A DNA stretch of 63,737 bases, counting the filler, from Globobulimina sp. (Eukaryota): NCBI GenBank assembly GCA_003354225.1. It is 16 parts of 16 records of this genome, joined end to end, with 100 filler letters (N's around TTAATTAATTAA, not from the genome) between each part and the next. Parts side by side here need not be neighbours in the genome. Positions count along the whole stretch, not along the records: positions 43,910 to 47,795 come from PIVH01001929.1; positions 47,896 to 51,781 come from PIVH01001930.1; positions 51,882 to 55,767 come from PIVH01001931.1; positions 55,868 to 59,752 come from PIVH01001932.1; 12 more parts are not named here. One strand, 5' to 3'. Numbering within the stretch: the first letter of the stretch is position 1; every line of letters begins with the position of its first letter. Made by a program: the position numbers and the translations under genes. Of this stretch, positions 43,910-56,098 are shown one piece after another. The notes beneath the pieces were generated by a model that saw nothing but the letters and a program-made list of their open reading frames with translations, did no database searches and was not told where the DNA came from.

Positions 43910-46270
43910 CAAAACTTAATCAGAAAGCACATAAAAATTCAAACATTGCAAAAATTCCAACAATAATTTCAGAGCAATTAGCAGAAATCTATGATTCCGA
44001 TTGTATTTTAAATACCAAAGCAATTATAAATGTATCAAATTCACAAATTATATATTTGATACAAAATTATTTTATTCAAACAACAGGAAAATTGAATAAT
44101 TATAAGGAGAAAATCGTAGCATACTTTAAAGTGCGTAAAATTAATGGGATTAGATTTGTTTTGATGAAAAGAAAAGAATTCGCGTCCGCAATGATATCGC
44201 AATGTGATAATAATAAAAAATTGGGGGGATCGTTAGTTTCATTGTATGCCAAAATGATGAAATCCGATTCTAATACAATTACTCGACAATTACAAGAATA
44301 TCAAAGCAATGAAACGACACTGAAGGAGGAAATGAAAGAAAACTCTAAAGAGTATGCGGAATTGCTGCATAATTGTCCATCAATACAAAGGATTTCATTG
44401 ATATTGACTCATTTTGAAGAATTAACTGACAAAGTTACGTTTTTATACATTTCTTGACCATCAGATATAATCATTTATATCTTTGAAACATAACAGGTAT
44501 CGATGATGAATACAAAATATCCGTATGATATGAAAGAACTTTTATTATCTTTGCACGGCTATGATGTGGTAAAATTGTTGAATGACATCGAGCATTCAAT
44601 CACGCACAAATGGCCAGATACCTTCAAATGCAAAATGCAAAACGAATGTATTCATTTAAAGCGAGCATTGAGAGATCGAGATTCGATGCAATGCAAAGCA
44701 TTAGATTTAAAAAAGCAATTATTTCTGACAAATAATGCAAAAGATTTTGTGTATATTAGCATGTTAGACAGAGCACACTGTGTATTGAGGCACTCCGAGG
44801 ATATTAATAATAATATAACAAATACAATTAAATCCTTCACCGACGATATCACAAATATTAAGATTTCAAAAGAAAAACAAGCACCGATATATAGCACTGG
44901 TGTTTATATGGAATATCATAGTATGTACTTTGTGTCATTTCAGCTATTTATAAAGACAAAAACACAAAACATTAAGCTCTAAGACCATTACATCCAAATT
45001 TATTTGAAGAAATTACAAGAAATAAGATTCATGAAATAACTGTGGATCAATTTGAATCCGAATTAGAAGCATCCAAATTATTTATGCAAACAGGTAATAA
45101 TGCAAATGAATGGAGATCCTGCAAAACAGACAAAAGATATGGGATTAAAATAGATGAAGTGATGCATATCGAACAAGTATTGACCATCAAATCTTATTGT
45201 AACCTGTCAGCATTTTGTAAATCATTTCGGGAGTCATATAGAAAAATTAATATTGATGATACAAAAGATGACATAATCAAAAATCATTGCAATTCATTTT
45301 ATTGGTTTGGCAGATTCCTAACCACAGCAATCGAATTTTGGGGTAAAATACCAAAAAAGAAAGACAATTTTTACCATGGACTATCGTGCAGATTTATGTT
45401 CAATCAATTTTCCACTGTCTACGAAATACCAACATCAACAACCTGGGTTTTGTCCATTGCCCAGGAATTCAGCAAAGGCGCTGGAATTATCATTAAATTG
45501 AGTCCAAAGTATACGACTGAAATAAATAATTCTCGATGTCTGGATGTCTCAGAATTGAGTAATTTTAAAAGAGAATCTGAGAAATTAGTTTAGTACAAAT
45601 ATATAAATAAATATATATATGTTAAATAATTTAATATTTGATTTGGTTGCTATTAATTTAGTTTGCCGGCATGACCGTGTTAACAATTACAAACATATTT
45701 AATCCACCGGATAATGGCTGGCGTGGCTATGGTGAATATATTGCGGTGTTTTTATATTTTGAACGAATAATCGAACAAACAATTTATCAAAGATCTTATT
45801 ATAATTACGGCGTAGTTACAAGTGAAACCAGCGGAAAATGGAAAGAAAGACAAAATAAATATTTAGTTCCTTTGCTGATTCATCAAATGAACAGAAATCA
45901 TAATTATAAATATAATAAAAAAGCAGGTGATGCATATGAACAACAACAACCCTTTAAAGTGAATAAAAGGCCAAAGGATGACTCATCGGATGAGGATAAG
46001 GATGGGGATGATGAGAAAATTGAAGAGATTCCAAAATATGTGTATGCATTATTTGAACATTTTTGTGACAATAAAAGAGAATATATTGACCTCAGCTGCA
46101 TCAATGATGAAATAATTAATATGAGTCCATCATTGCAACAGATATTATTTGTTGATGCCGTCAATTATGACTTTGGAATTAATGACGAAAGCATAATATC
46201 AATATTTCCAAATTTGAAAGAATATAAAAATCATTTGGATTATTGGATATGTGTCGGTCAGAAGATGTGA
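43910..46270 (+). CDS. Multi-exon protein with ADP-ribosyltransferase-like domain, 5'-partial; introns 44434-44496, 44921-44976, 45588-45661
   Basis: Three GT-AG introns (63, 56, 74 nt) join four ORFs in frame. FYHGLS...PTSTT...IAQEF...GIIIKL...LDVSELSNFKRESEKL/FAG. Confidence 0.7.
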
Positions 46271-46739
46271 CTGAACGCTTTGTAATCGAATAATTATTAT
46301 CCTTATTATGCAATATGTTAAATATTTTTTAAGGTTTTATGCTGTGTGTTTTCGCTTTAACAACTTATTAATTTTTTTTTGTGTTTGCTTTTTTGTTGTT
46401 TTCTGTGTCCTTGGTATTTTTAGAATTAATTTTTGTATAGATTTTTCCTGTAAGGTTTCACTTCAACGATATATTCCGAAAAGATAACCCCCCCCTTTGT
46501 ATACCGAAAATCCAATTATAAATTTGTTCTGACTTTGTTCTGGATTTGCAAACCCAAGACAAAGTTATAACAAACACAGAACAAACTCAAGACAAACCTA
46601 TAGCAAACTGTTTCTGGATTTGCAAAGCGTTTCTCAGATAATTGAATTAAATGTATACAACTCATCGACTCATCGCTTGAATTCATTCTCATACTTAAAA
46701 AACTCTCAGAGTAAATACTAAAGAGTGAACAAAAACACA

Positions 46740-47735
46740 TCAAGATCCCTTACATTGTAACACTACATGTAATGCTGCTTCCTTTTGGATATTAAACTCC
46801 GTTAGAGTCCGCAAATCATCTAACTGTTTCCCATGAAACATTAATCTCTGTTTTTTTGGTTCCAATCCTTCTTTATCCCAAATCTTCTCTTTAACTTTCC
46901 AAATCGTATCATTTTCATCATATTTTATTACAATTGTTTTTCCAGTCAATGTTAAAATATAAATATATTCTTCCGATTTTAATACTAACTGCAATGTGTA
47001 ATGGGCAAAAATATTATAATCCGACAAAGTCTGCTCCTCATTCAATGTGTTTCTGGTATATATTAATCGATATTCTTTTGGTGGAAGCTTAAGATTTATT
47101 CCTTCTTTATTTAATATTTTATTTTTAATATTTGCGATTTTATTATTTGGATATCGATCAACATTCAATTTAATTAATTCACCATTTATTATTTTAACAT
47201 AAATTTCTATTTCGTTTTCTTGTATTTTTTCATCATTTTCATTGTTTTCAAAATTCATATCTTCACCAAATACTTGATCAAAATCATAATCATTAATATT
47301 TGCTATTAATTCTTTATCATCAGAGTTTAAATCAACAACTTCTTTTTCTGCATTATTTGCAAAATTGGTATTCATTTGATTATCGTTATCATTATTTTCC
47401 GATTCGATATTTTGAATTTCACTGTTTTTAGACGATTTCATTGCTTTTTTTAATCTCTTTTTTTCTTTTTTTAGCGCTTTTTTCTCTTTCCGAGTTTGTT
47501 TCTTTTTTACTTTTTTAACTTTTTTTTCTTCTTTTTTCTGTTTTTTGTTATTATATTTATGTTTAATTCCAATCTTTGTTTGATATTTTATATTTTTTGC
47601 TTTGTTTTTGTAGGATTTTAAAATGTTTTTTATTTCATCTTTTAATTTTTTCTTGCTTAAATTATGTGCATTCTCTAGAAGTTTTTGTAAAGCAATTTCT
47701 TGTTCATCTAAGTTATAATTTATTATACATTTCAA
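46740..47735 (-). CDS. Protein with Lys-rich region and two C-terminal ubiquitin-like domains, probably 5'-partial
   Basis: ILTLTGKTI...[46 protein letters not shown], plus a second copy upstream. Ends CKGS. Confidence 0.85.
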   Translation of the reverse strand: MKCIINYNLDEQEIALQKLLENAHNLSKKKLKDEIKNILKSYKNKAKNIKYQTKIGIKHKYNNKKQKKEEKKVKKVKKKQTRKEKKALKKEKKRLKKAMKSSKNSEIQNIESENNDNDNQMNTNFANNAEKEVVDLNSDDKELIANINDYDFDQVFGEDMNFENNENDEKIQENEIEIYVKIINGELIKLNVDRYPNNKIANIKNKILNKEGINLKLPPKEYRLIYTRNTLNEEQTLSDYNIFAHYTLQLVLKSEEYIYILTLTGKTIVIKYDENDTIWKVKEKIWDKEGLEPKKQRLMFHGKQLDDLRTLTEFNIQKEAALHVVLQCKGS

Positions 47736-47920
47736 TGTGCAATCTATTTTTATTTATATCTCAACTTAGTAACTGTATTTCTTTTGTTTTTTTCTNNNNN
47801 NNNNNNNNNNNNNNNNNNNNNNNNNNNNNNNNNNNNNNNTTAATTAATTAANNNNNNNNNNNNNNNNNNNNNNNNNNNNNNNNNNNNNNNNNNNNCGAAA
47901 AAAAAAAAAAGAAAAGGAAA

Positions 47921-50498
47921 ATGCGAAAAAGATATATATTGCGAGCGCCACCTAAAAAAAAACAAAAAATTAAAATATTAGAAATTCAAAATAATGTAAT
48001 TGCAAATTCTTTAATGTCAATAAATAATGCAAATAATGAGAAAAACGCAAATATTGATGATGAAAATAAGAATAATGTGGATAGTTTGGATGATTTATTT
48101 TCATCTCAGACAAAGGCTGACATACAACAGCCACAACAGCCACAGCCACAGCAGCCACAGCCACAACAGCCACAGCCACAGCAGCCACAGCCACAACAGC
48201 CACAGCCACAGCAGCCACAACCTCCGCCGCCGCCGCCGCGGCCAAAAAGTCCAGAAATGATACAATATCAACAAAGATTGGATATTTTGCGAGATTCCAC
48301 AAACAACACAGTGTCAGAAACAATATCCGATTCAGACGAAGCATCGCAAAGCGATTCATCCGAATCGTCACAAAGCTTTATATTACCAACTGACTCTGAC
48401 AGTGATTCATATGAATCAGGAACAGACTCTGAAGTCCACAGTGACAGTTCTTTAGCGTCGACACTGTCATTTCACTCTTCTGACTTTGAACCAGCTCATC
48501 CTCCAAATAATGATAATACAAAGTAGTTTTTTTGTGTATTTTGTGTGTTTTGCGTGTGTTTTTTGATGTATTTTTATGTATTTTTATGTATTTTTATGTG
48601 TTTGATTTCATAATTTTATCAATGTTTTTTAATGAATATAAAGGAAAAAGCACGCTATTCGTCGTCACACAACAACGGTTCGGCAGAAACGCCAAACAAT
48701 CAAACGTTTAGAGCAAATATTAGCTGCCGAACCAACTCGAACGCTTAGAAGTGGCTGTGAGCAATTATGCGCAGAAAGAGGTGATGATTCAACTGAAAAG
48801 TATATATATGAACAATTATATAATAAAAAAGATAGATATAACAGCAATGAAGTTGTAGGAACACGCCGCAATCTACCTGGCCAAGGTCGAAAAAGAAGCG
48901 AAATTAGACAGAAACTTTTCGACGGAGTAACTGCATATTTTGAATATTATAGATATGATTGTAAAATGGGAGTTACTGTCTATGACATTGCAGATTTTTT
49001 CATTAAAACTGCAAAAGATATCCATTATTTGCAATATAAAAATCAAAATTCATATAAAGACGCTCAAATGTGGATTAAAAATAATGAAATTAAATATTAT
49101 TGCATGAATAGTAAAATAAAATTTAAACCAGAATATATCTCTGCAAAAGTAGGAAAACAACAAGAAATTATAATGGATATTATCGCCAAACATAATATAA
49201 ACATTACAAACATTTATAGTTTGGATGAAACAATGATTTGGCATGATTTTTGTATTCAAAATCTCACATTATCATATAAAGGGAGAAATTCAGAGGTATT
49301 CTGTGTCCCAAATGATAAAGAGACAACTACGTTTGTTTGTGTTTGGAACTGGGATTAGTTAAGTTTCATTACATTAAAAAAAATGTTTTTTTACTGAAGT
49401 TTCACTTTAGTGTCAACATTTTTGGATTAACCATTGATAGATATGATGCAAAAGTTGGCATTGAGTTTATTCCAAAACGTATAAATGGATTGAGATTGTG
49501 GTGGATGCGTGTTCCATCCAAGTGGGTAAACGAAGCCATATATCAGTTATTGATATTATTTTGTTTTAGATTGAAGAGAAATGAAATGGAAAATATAAAT
49601 ATACATAATTTGAATGAAAGAGAATGGTTTTTATTTCAGGATGACTGCGCGCCGGGACATAAATCAAACGAACACTGGCTGACACATTTATTTGCTGTTT
49701 TACACGGTAAATATAATAGAATTGCAGCGAATATTACTGCATGGTCTCAGCTTGCAGATCATCCATTGTGTAATGGACAATTAAAACGTAAAACAAGAAG
49801 GAAAGGAAGAGCATTTGTGAGAGAAGCAATTATAAAAGGACTGGAAAATAAGTCCGAAAAAAAAAAAGTAATTCCAAAAATTAATTGGAAACAAATGGAT
49901 GAAATCATAGGGTCTGTTTTGGATGATATAAACAAAGAAAATGGAGTGAAAAATATCCAAAAAGCATTCAAAAATAAGTTTGATTCGGACCATTATGATA
50001 AACATTTAGCTGCACAATTGGAACTCTATGAAGAGCTCAAAAAAAATGAAAGTAAACAAAATTTATTTCCAGACAAAGAACAATATTATTTAAACAAAGA
50101 AAAGGCTGAAGCCAAAGAAAGCATATTTATGTAGTTGTGGATGGAGATATTGCAGTAAATATAAGAAAAAAAGAATAGAACAACATAATAAAACATGTCC
50201 AATTAAGTCAGAATATGGTGTTGTACCCGCATATGAACCAATAAATATTGATAACAGTGATGAATGGTTGGTTGAATTTCAAGGAATGAAACAGAGATTA
50301 AATGATCATAAATGTATATTTGATTTAAAAAACAGAAAAATTGAATGGACAGGACATAATAACATAGATATAAAAGGAACAATTATTCGGGATTTAGGTA
50401 GTGGAGAGGTTCAAGTAAAAACAAGAAATGATGTAATTTATAATTGTTTTGTAAAAACATTGCATTTTCATGGTACACCGGAAATATGGAGAGGTTGA
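47921..50498 (+). pseudogene. pogo-like DDD transposase; introns 48523-48643 and 49358-49410; +1 frameshift near 50115
   Basis: Spliced product has an HTH region (RRHTTTVRQK...LPGQGRK...GVTVYDI), NIYSLDET, DKETTT, KWVNE, FQDDCAPGH and IAANITAWSQLAD. After the frameshift, YLCSCGW...HNKTC. Confidence 0.78.
48125..48240 (+). repeat. 15-nt coding tandem repeat (QPQQP)n plus poly-Pro
   Basis: CAGCCACA(A/G)CAGCCA repeated about six times, then CCG runs. Confidence 0.9.
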
Positions 50499-50718
50499 TC
50501 AGTATTTTTATTGTTTTTGTTGTTATTTTTATTTATAACTTATTTTGTGTTGAAACTGCGGCTATGAAAAAAATGTGTTTTTCATTGAATTTCACGGATT
50601 TGAAAAGTAGGTGTTTTTGATGAAAAAGTAATGAAATTCAATGCAAAGTGAGTTATTTCGATGAAAACATTGTTTTTCAATGGAAAGTCATTGATTTTTC
50701 TAATTCACGGTGTTACAG

Positions 50719-50901
50719 TATATGGTATTTATTGAACAAAAGAAACAAAGAAAGCAATTTAGTAAATTGTCAAAGATGATCGAAAGATTCAGTAAAACAA
50801 ATGATACGATCGGAGCTAAAGCGTATTTTTATGGATGGATTGATTGTAAACATAAGTTACACATTTTGATTGATGAGGTTCTGGCCTTGCAACCTTGGTA
50901 G
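50719..50901 (+). pseudogene. 3' remnant of a host gene abutting the transposon end
   Basis: Coding-like frame YMVFIEQKK...GAKAYFYGW...LHILIDEVLALQPW-stop begins at the TA next to the candidate TIR. Confidence 0.5.
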
Positions 50902-51075
50902 ACTTTATAATTCACAACTTGTTAAAACTTCTGCTTTATTGTTTATAAAATCCGATACGTTTTCCAGCCACAATAACTTTGGAAAACTTTGGAGTTAAGG
51001 ATTACATTTTTGTGATTGACGTTATGTGTGACGCAATGAATGCTTGTTAAATCTTTTTTGCTTTATATATTTTCT

Positions 51076-51781
51076 ATGCCTCTTCCAAAACGCATCAAAA
51101 CCAAAGGTTCAAATCCGAATGAATCCATTAAATATAGAGCTTGGACTGATGATGAAATATTTGCTTTCAATCACAACAAAGCATTAAATAATTCATATGT
51201 TAAATGCATAGATCATGAGAATTGTTCGAAACCAATCAGAATATTAAATAATTACAAATCGCATCTTCAAACAAAACATAAATCATATTTAGCAAATAAT
51301 AAATCCTATCAATATTACACTTTACATCAAAATATCCATAGTACACAATGGCAAATAAATTTAATCAAAACCAAAAGTCGCAAACGAAAATCATTGGCGC
51401 GCATTGACACCGAACGCAAAACTAAAATTGCCAAATATAATAATTTTTGGAGTGGATCCGGCTTCCAATCAATTACTGAAATAACTGAATTAGACGAAAA
51501 ATCTGACAGTTTGCAAGATATTCATTTAAATTCCATTGTATGCCCTCCTCAGTTGGAAGATATATATCATTCATCTGGCTTGCGACTAAAATATATACCA
51601 AATAAAAATAATATATTTACATGTTTTTGCACCGTATGCAATCGAGCAATTATGAAGAATAAACAATATGATTCGAGTAAGATCGATGAATGGTTGGCTG
51701 TTAAAAAAGCAGTACACTCACATTTCAACACAGCAGGCAATATTCATTCGGCACACTTAACACTAGGAACTTGTTTTGAGA
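51076..51781 (+). CDS. Zinc-finger protein (BED/C2H2-like), 3'-partial, possibly transposon-derived
   Basis: CIDHENC-x12-HLQTKH and FCTVC...HFNTAGNIH. Confidence 0.55.
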
Positions 51782-51881
51782 NNNNNNNNNNNNNNNNNNN
51801 NNNNNNNNNNNNNNNNNNNNNNNNNTTAATTAATTAANNNNNNNNNNNNNNNNNNNNNNNNNNNNNNNNNNNNNNNNNNNN

Positions 51882-52171
51882 ACGGTAATGTTTCTGTTGA
51901 TTGTTTCTGTGGTGTCGGCGATTATTGTTTGTGGTGGAGACAGTGCAATGGCTAAACCAATACCAACGCCAAGCAATGCAAATAACATTGTAGCGCCAGT
52001 TAATGATAACCATGATAAGCAAGGAATGCATTTGCACCACTCATCTTCATCAAATTCGACATGCATTGGGTCATCATTTGGATCCACTGCCACATCCAAT
52101 GGCAATTTCTTTTCATTTTTTGATTCATCTGTTTGTGCGCATTCCGGTGTTTGTTTGTCTTTGTCTTGCAT
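51882..52171 (-). CDS. Membrane protein N-terminus, 3'-partial (possibly DAACS/SLC1 transporter)
   Basis: Acidic N-terminus, then TGATMLFALLGVGIGLAI TM segment. Confidence 0.45.
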
Positions 52172-52440
52172 TGCTGGAGAAATGAGAAAAAGTCGAAGGT
52201 TTTTTTATCGCTAGCCTCACTTCAAAATTTCTAACGTTATCGCGTTAATCACTAAGATAAATCTCCGAAACGTTTCTGTGATTCATTGTAGTTCGTAAAC
52301 GATCGCAGTTATCGATCGTATCACACTCAAAAAAAATAAATTTAACTTGTCATAATAAATAGAAAAAAAAAATATAAACACACAACAAAAAAAAAACAAT
52401 AATAAGTAGTAAATAAGAAAAAAAAGTGTACCGATATTAT

Positions 52441-53370
52441 TTACATTAATTCATCACTGTCCTCACTATCCATGAATTCATAGTCATTATCAAGTCGTTC
52501 CTCAAACTCCTCCCGAATTTTTAATAGATCAGGATCCAATTTGTACAATTTATGCACTGCAAAATCGATGGTTGCAACCGACCGTCTTCTATAAAAACTA
52601 TTTATTTTCATCACAGCAACGCGCTGCGTGATGGGTGTGATACATTTGATTGTTGACGAAGCCCTCTTCAATCTAGTCATTGTTTTGTGTTCCCAATATC
52701 CGCAAGATCGACTCCCACAGATTGGCGGTTTGATATAGGGCGGCGATGAGGATGTATCGTCTGATAATTCTAAGCTCGCATCCTGGCAATTTATAGTAAT
52801 GCTACATCCATATCCATCCACAGGCGGTTGCGGTGTGTCTGTTGGCTCCGGCGTGTCACTCTCGTTTTCATTGTCATTCAAGTCGTCCGAAGACAACAGA
52901 TCCAAATCAGAAATCATTGGCGTATTTTCTGGAGAAAAAGGACCATTTATATCTATATTTAAATAGCAGTTGACATTGATTGCAGAAAATATGTATTTAT
53001 AAATTGGCATTGCTTTGGAAAATGGACGGATGTTACTCACATCATTTCGTTCTGTTTGTTTGGTTCGTATTTGTTGGATGTTGTTGACATATTTGACCTC
53101 CATAAATTCATCGTTGTTGTCATAGGATATGTCGATGATATTGCCTTTAAACCATGAACGAGATGACGTTGAATATACTTCAACGAATGAGCTGACTTTC
53201 CAGAGACTACGGATCCATAAATCTAGCTGATTCACCGAGTTTAATTGTTTTTCGTTTTCTTCGATTTCATCCAATAAGAAATCAATGGTTGAGGCGGGTA
53301 TCTTGGTTAAGTCCATTGTATCCATTTTAGTGTTTAAAGATCTGTTTGGGTTGCATGCACGTGGTTGCAT
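52441..53370 (-). CDS. Hypothetical protein with Tudor/Agenet-like domain
   Basis: WKVSSFVEVYSTSSRSWFKGNIIDI...EVKY...IRPF. Confidence 0.55.
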   Translation of the reverse strand: MQPRACNPNRSLNTKMDTMDLTKIPASTIDFLLDEIEENEKQLNSVNQLDLWIRSLWKVSSFVEVYSTSSRSWFKGNIIDISYDNNDEFMEVKYVNNIQQIRTKQTERNDVSNIRPFSKAMPIYKYIFSAINVNCYLNIDINGPFSPENTPMISDLDLLSSDDLNDNENESDTPEPTDTPQPPVDGYGCSITINCQDASLELSDDTSSSPPYIKPPICGSRSCGYWEHKTMTRLKRASSTIKCITPITQRVAVMKINSFYRRRSVATIDFAVHKLYKLDPDLLKIREEFEERLDNDYEFMDSEDSDELM

Positions 53371-53571
53371 GTAATAATTAAATACTTTACAGAAATTTGA
53401 GCTAAAAATATTTGAGTAAATTCCAAAAAACGTTAATGCACAAACCAGGTTTGTATAAGTATAAGATGACTAGTGTGAGAGGGCAGGTTGAAGTGAGCTA
53501 GTCATCGATCTGCATAAGAACAGCCCACGTGGAACAACTCCTAATGGTAATAAAAAGTACATGGGAATCAA

Positions 53572-54795
53572 TCATATTAAATCATCAGTGTGACAGTGAT
53601 ACAATTTATTTGCAGTATCTATATTTAAACATTGTTTTGCTGTATTTCCATTGTATCCTTTCAATATATTGTCTTTCAATATACATTTATCCGAATTAAA
53701 AAGATAATGGCCACGGCCATAATCTTTATGTGATTTCTCTACGATTGGATAACAATAATTATCTTCAAACACACTCCCAATACATGTTAAACTCACCCAT
53801 TCCTTTTCATCTATTTCTCTGTGTAAATCTACATCTGCATAATCATCAAAAATCATTATACATCCAAATGGCTCTGTATCTAAGCGTTTAGTTGCTTGTC
53901 CACAATTTTTGAACACACAATTTGATACATTGACATTTTTAGCAAACGGTGTAATTTCGATGGCAATTTGACTCCCAATAAACGTGCAATCAGAAGCAGA
54001 AAATTCCGAATCTTTCCGGACCAGTACATGCAGAGAGTATTCACTGGCTTCACTGAGTGGTGTCTGCATAATGCAGTTTTTCATCCGTAATGTACTACCC
54101 ATCCACAGGGGGAATGCGCCTGTCTCTAAATCGTCAAAACCTGAAACAATAATGTTGATGTTTTCAATATATAATTTGTTGGATATCATTAGCTGCGCAT
54201 TCATATAAAATTTTACATCATGTCCAATGCCAATTAATTGGATATTATCATTATTATGCAAATCATATTGTTGATCAAATTTAATGGCATAACATCCATT
54301 ATGTAAAAACATTCTGTTGATCTTACGGAGTTTACAAAGGTTAAATGCGGTTTGCAAATCATGGACTGGTCCGATATAACCAAGTTCAGCTTCGACTTCA
54401 TGTAAAACGGTTCGATGTTCGTCGACTATTAATGTTGTACCAGGATTATATAATAACTGCCTCGGATGTATTGATTTGTACATTTTGTTTAAGTATTTTT
54501 TTTGATTTTGATTTGCATAAATTTGCCATTTTTTACTGACTGCTTTTGTATGGGTGAATCCACCAAATGATAAAATATATTGTGTGATATCATCAGGAAA
54601 GATATGGTCCGTTGATAGTGAATTATAATAGGCAGTACGTAGTGATTTAGCATTAAATAATTCGATTTGCTGATTTGCAAACACTTTGATTGCATGCACA
54701 GGAATACTTTTTAATAAATTCACCAAATCCAACACATTATTCGCTGAATTGATAAGAGACAGAATATGTGGTTTGAAAATTGACACCGAAGCCAT
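53572..54795 (-). CDS. F-box-like + right-handed beta-helix protein
   Basis: IFPDDITQYILSF...AVSKKW (F-box-like); LHNGCY, IENINI, MKNCIM, SDCTF, SNCVFKN beta-helix turns. Confidence 0.72.
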   Translation of the reverse strand: MASVSIFKPHILSLINSANNVLDLVNLLKSIPVHAIKVFANQQIELFNAKSLRTAYYNSLSTDHIFPDDITQYILSFGGFTHTKAVSKKWQIYANQNQKKYLNKMYKSIHPRQLLYNPGTTLIVDEHRTVLHEVEAELGYIGPVHDLQTAFNLCKLRKINRMFLHNGCYAIKFDQQYDLHNNDNIQLIGIGHDVKFYMNAQLMISNKLYIENINIIVSGFDDLETGAFPLWMGSTLRMKNCIMQTPLSEASEYSLHVLVRKDSEFSASDCTFIGSQIAIEITPFAKNVNVSNCVFKNCGQATKRLDTEPFGCIMIFDDYADVDLHREIDEKEWVSLTCIGSVFEDNYCYPIVEKSHKDYGRGHYLFNSDKCILKDNILKGYNGNTAKQCLNIDTANKLYHCHTDDLI

Positions 54796-54881
54796 CAGGA
54801 TTTTTTTTTTTTGAAAAAGTATGCTGAAAAAAATAAATTATAAATTTTAACCATAAAAATAAAAAGGCTATGCACAATAAA

Positions 54882-55611
54882 TCAATCATTATTATAGTTG
54901 ACTGTGTTGTATACATTTAGGTGACTGAGACGTGATGGCACAGTACATATTGATATGACGCATAACACACAAATTCCTATCATCGCCCATGGTATTATTG
55001 CAACAAAATAAGTGTTTCCTTTGATATGGTCTTCATCAAATATGGAAAACAGTGAGTTTTCAGGTTCTTTTCCGTGAATAAAAGCATTGTTGATTGTTCT
55101 CCATTGTCCTACATTATGACATTTCCCATGCAAACATTTTGTTTTTCCTCCACAACAGTCATTATGATTCGTGCATTTTTCCATATTTTTCATACAACAA
55201 AATTTCTTTGCGGTCTCCAATGCATCATTCCATTTCACAGAATGTGAACATGTGATACCATGCATCCTCTCATCTGTTGAACCATCACAACAATCCTCAG
55301 TCATATTGCAGGTTTCCCCAATATTACATTTAGCAACACCTGTTACATACTATTATACTATTTAAACACAAAAAATTGCATATAAAGTACAAACTAATTA
55401 TGTTAGGTTTTGTGGTTGTCAGTTCTATAGCATTTGGTGTTGGATAGGGGGTATGATGCAGTGTTGGTGCGTATGATGGATAATATGTTGGCTTATTAGT
55501 CAGTATTGTTGCTTTTAATATATTACGGATTAATGTTGTTGTTGGTCTTGGTGATGGCTCCGGTGTTGGGAAATTTGTTGTGCTGCTTGTTGATGTACTG
55601 ACGAATACCAT
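54882..55611 (-). CDS. Pro/Thr-rich, Cys-rich single-pass membrane protein; intron 55340-55394; start uncertain
   Basis: A 55-nt GT-AG intron joins the PT-rich ORF to CNIGETC...DCC...CTNHNDCCGG...CLHGKC and a C-terminal TM segment. Confidence 0.6.
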
Positions 55612-55867
55612 TACTATTATATTTAAATGAACCGCAAATAACTATCTATTGTTTGTCTTTTGGCCATATTCCGCCTACAGTATCAATCGCATATTCCAAT
55701 ATATACTAATTTGTGCAAGACGAAATATGAGCCAAAATTCTTAAGTAATATTAGGAAAATTATTTTCNNNNNNNNNNNNNNNNNNNNNNNNNNNNNNNNN
55801 NNNNNNNNNNNTTAATTAATTAANNNNNNNNNNNNNNNNNNNNNNNNNNNNNNNNNNNNNNNNNNNN

Positions 55868-56098
55868 TTAGGTGTTGAACGAGGTATAATTGCATGGTCT
55901 GGTCGTTGGAAATTAAGAGATTGCTTTTATATATATGTAAATTACTCGGAAGGGGATATGATGAGTCTTTCGTATATTTATTTCAATGCTAAACAAGACA
56001 TTAAGTTTCAATATAATAAATTATTTGATTTTGATAAAGAAGAAGCAGATTATTATTTAGATCATTTTCATAATTCAATTAAATCATTAACTATATAA
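55868..56098 (+). CDS. Tyrosine recombinase C-terminus, 5'-partial (absent from ORF track)
   Basis: LGVERGIIAWSGRWKLRDCFYIYV matches the GxxxxxIxxxGRWxSxxxxxY box II of DIRS/phage-integrase YRs. Stop at 56096-56098. Confidence 0.78.
   Translation, partial: LGVERGIIAWSGRWKLRDCFYIYVNYSEGDMMSLSYIYFNAKQDIKFQYNKLFDFDKEEADYYLDHFHNSIKSLTI

Larger units (their letters stand above)
47896..50718 (+). mobile_element. pogo/Tc2-like DNA transposon (left end missing)
   Basis: Encodes a DDE_1-type transposase. Candidate right end ...AATTCACGGTGTTACAG followed by TA at 50719-50720. Confidence 0.72.

Noticed and set aside
47970-48371. Ala/Val-rich antisense ORF and His/Ser-rich alternate frame
   Set aside because: Shadows of the CAGCCA repeat.
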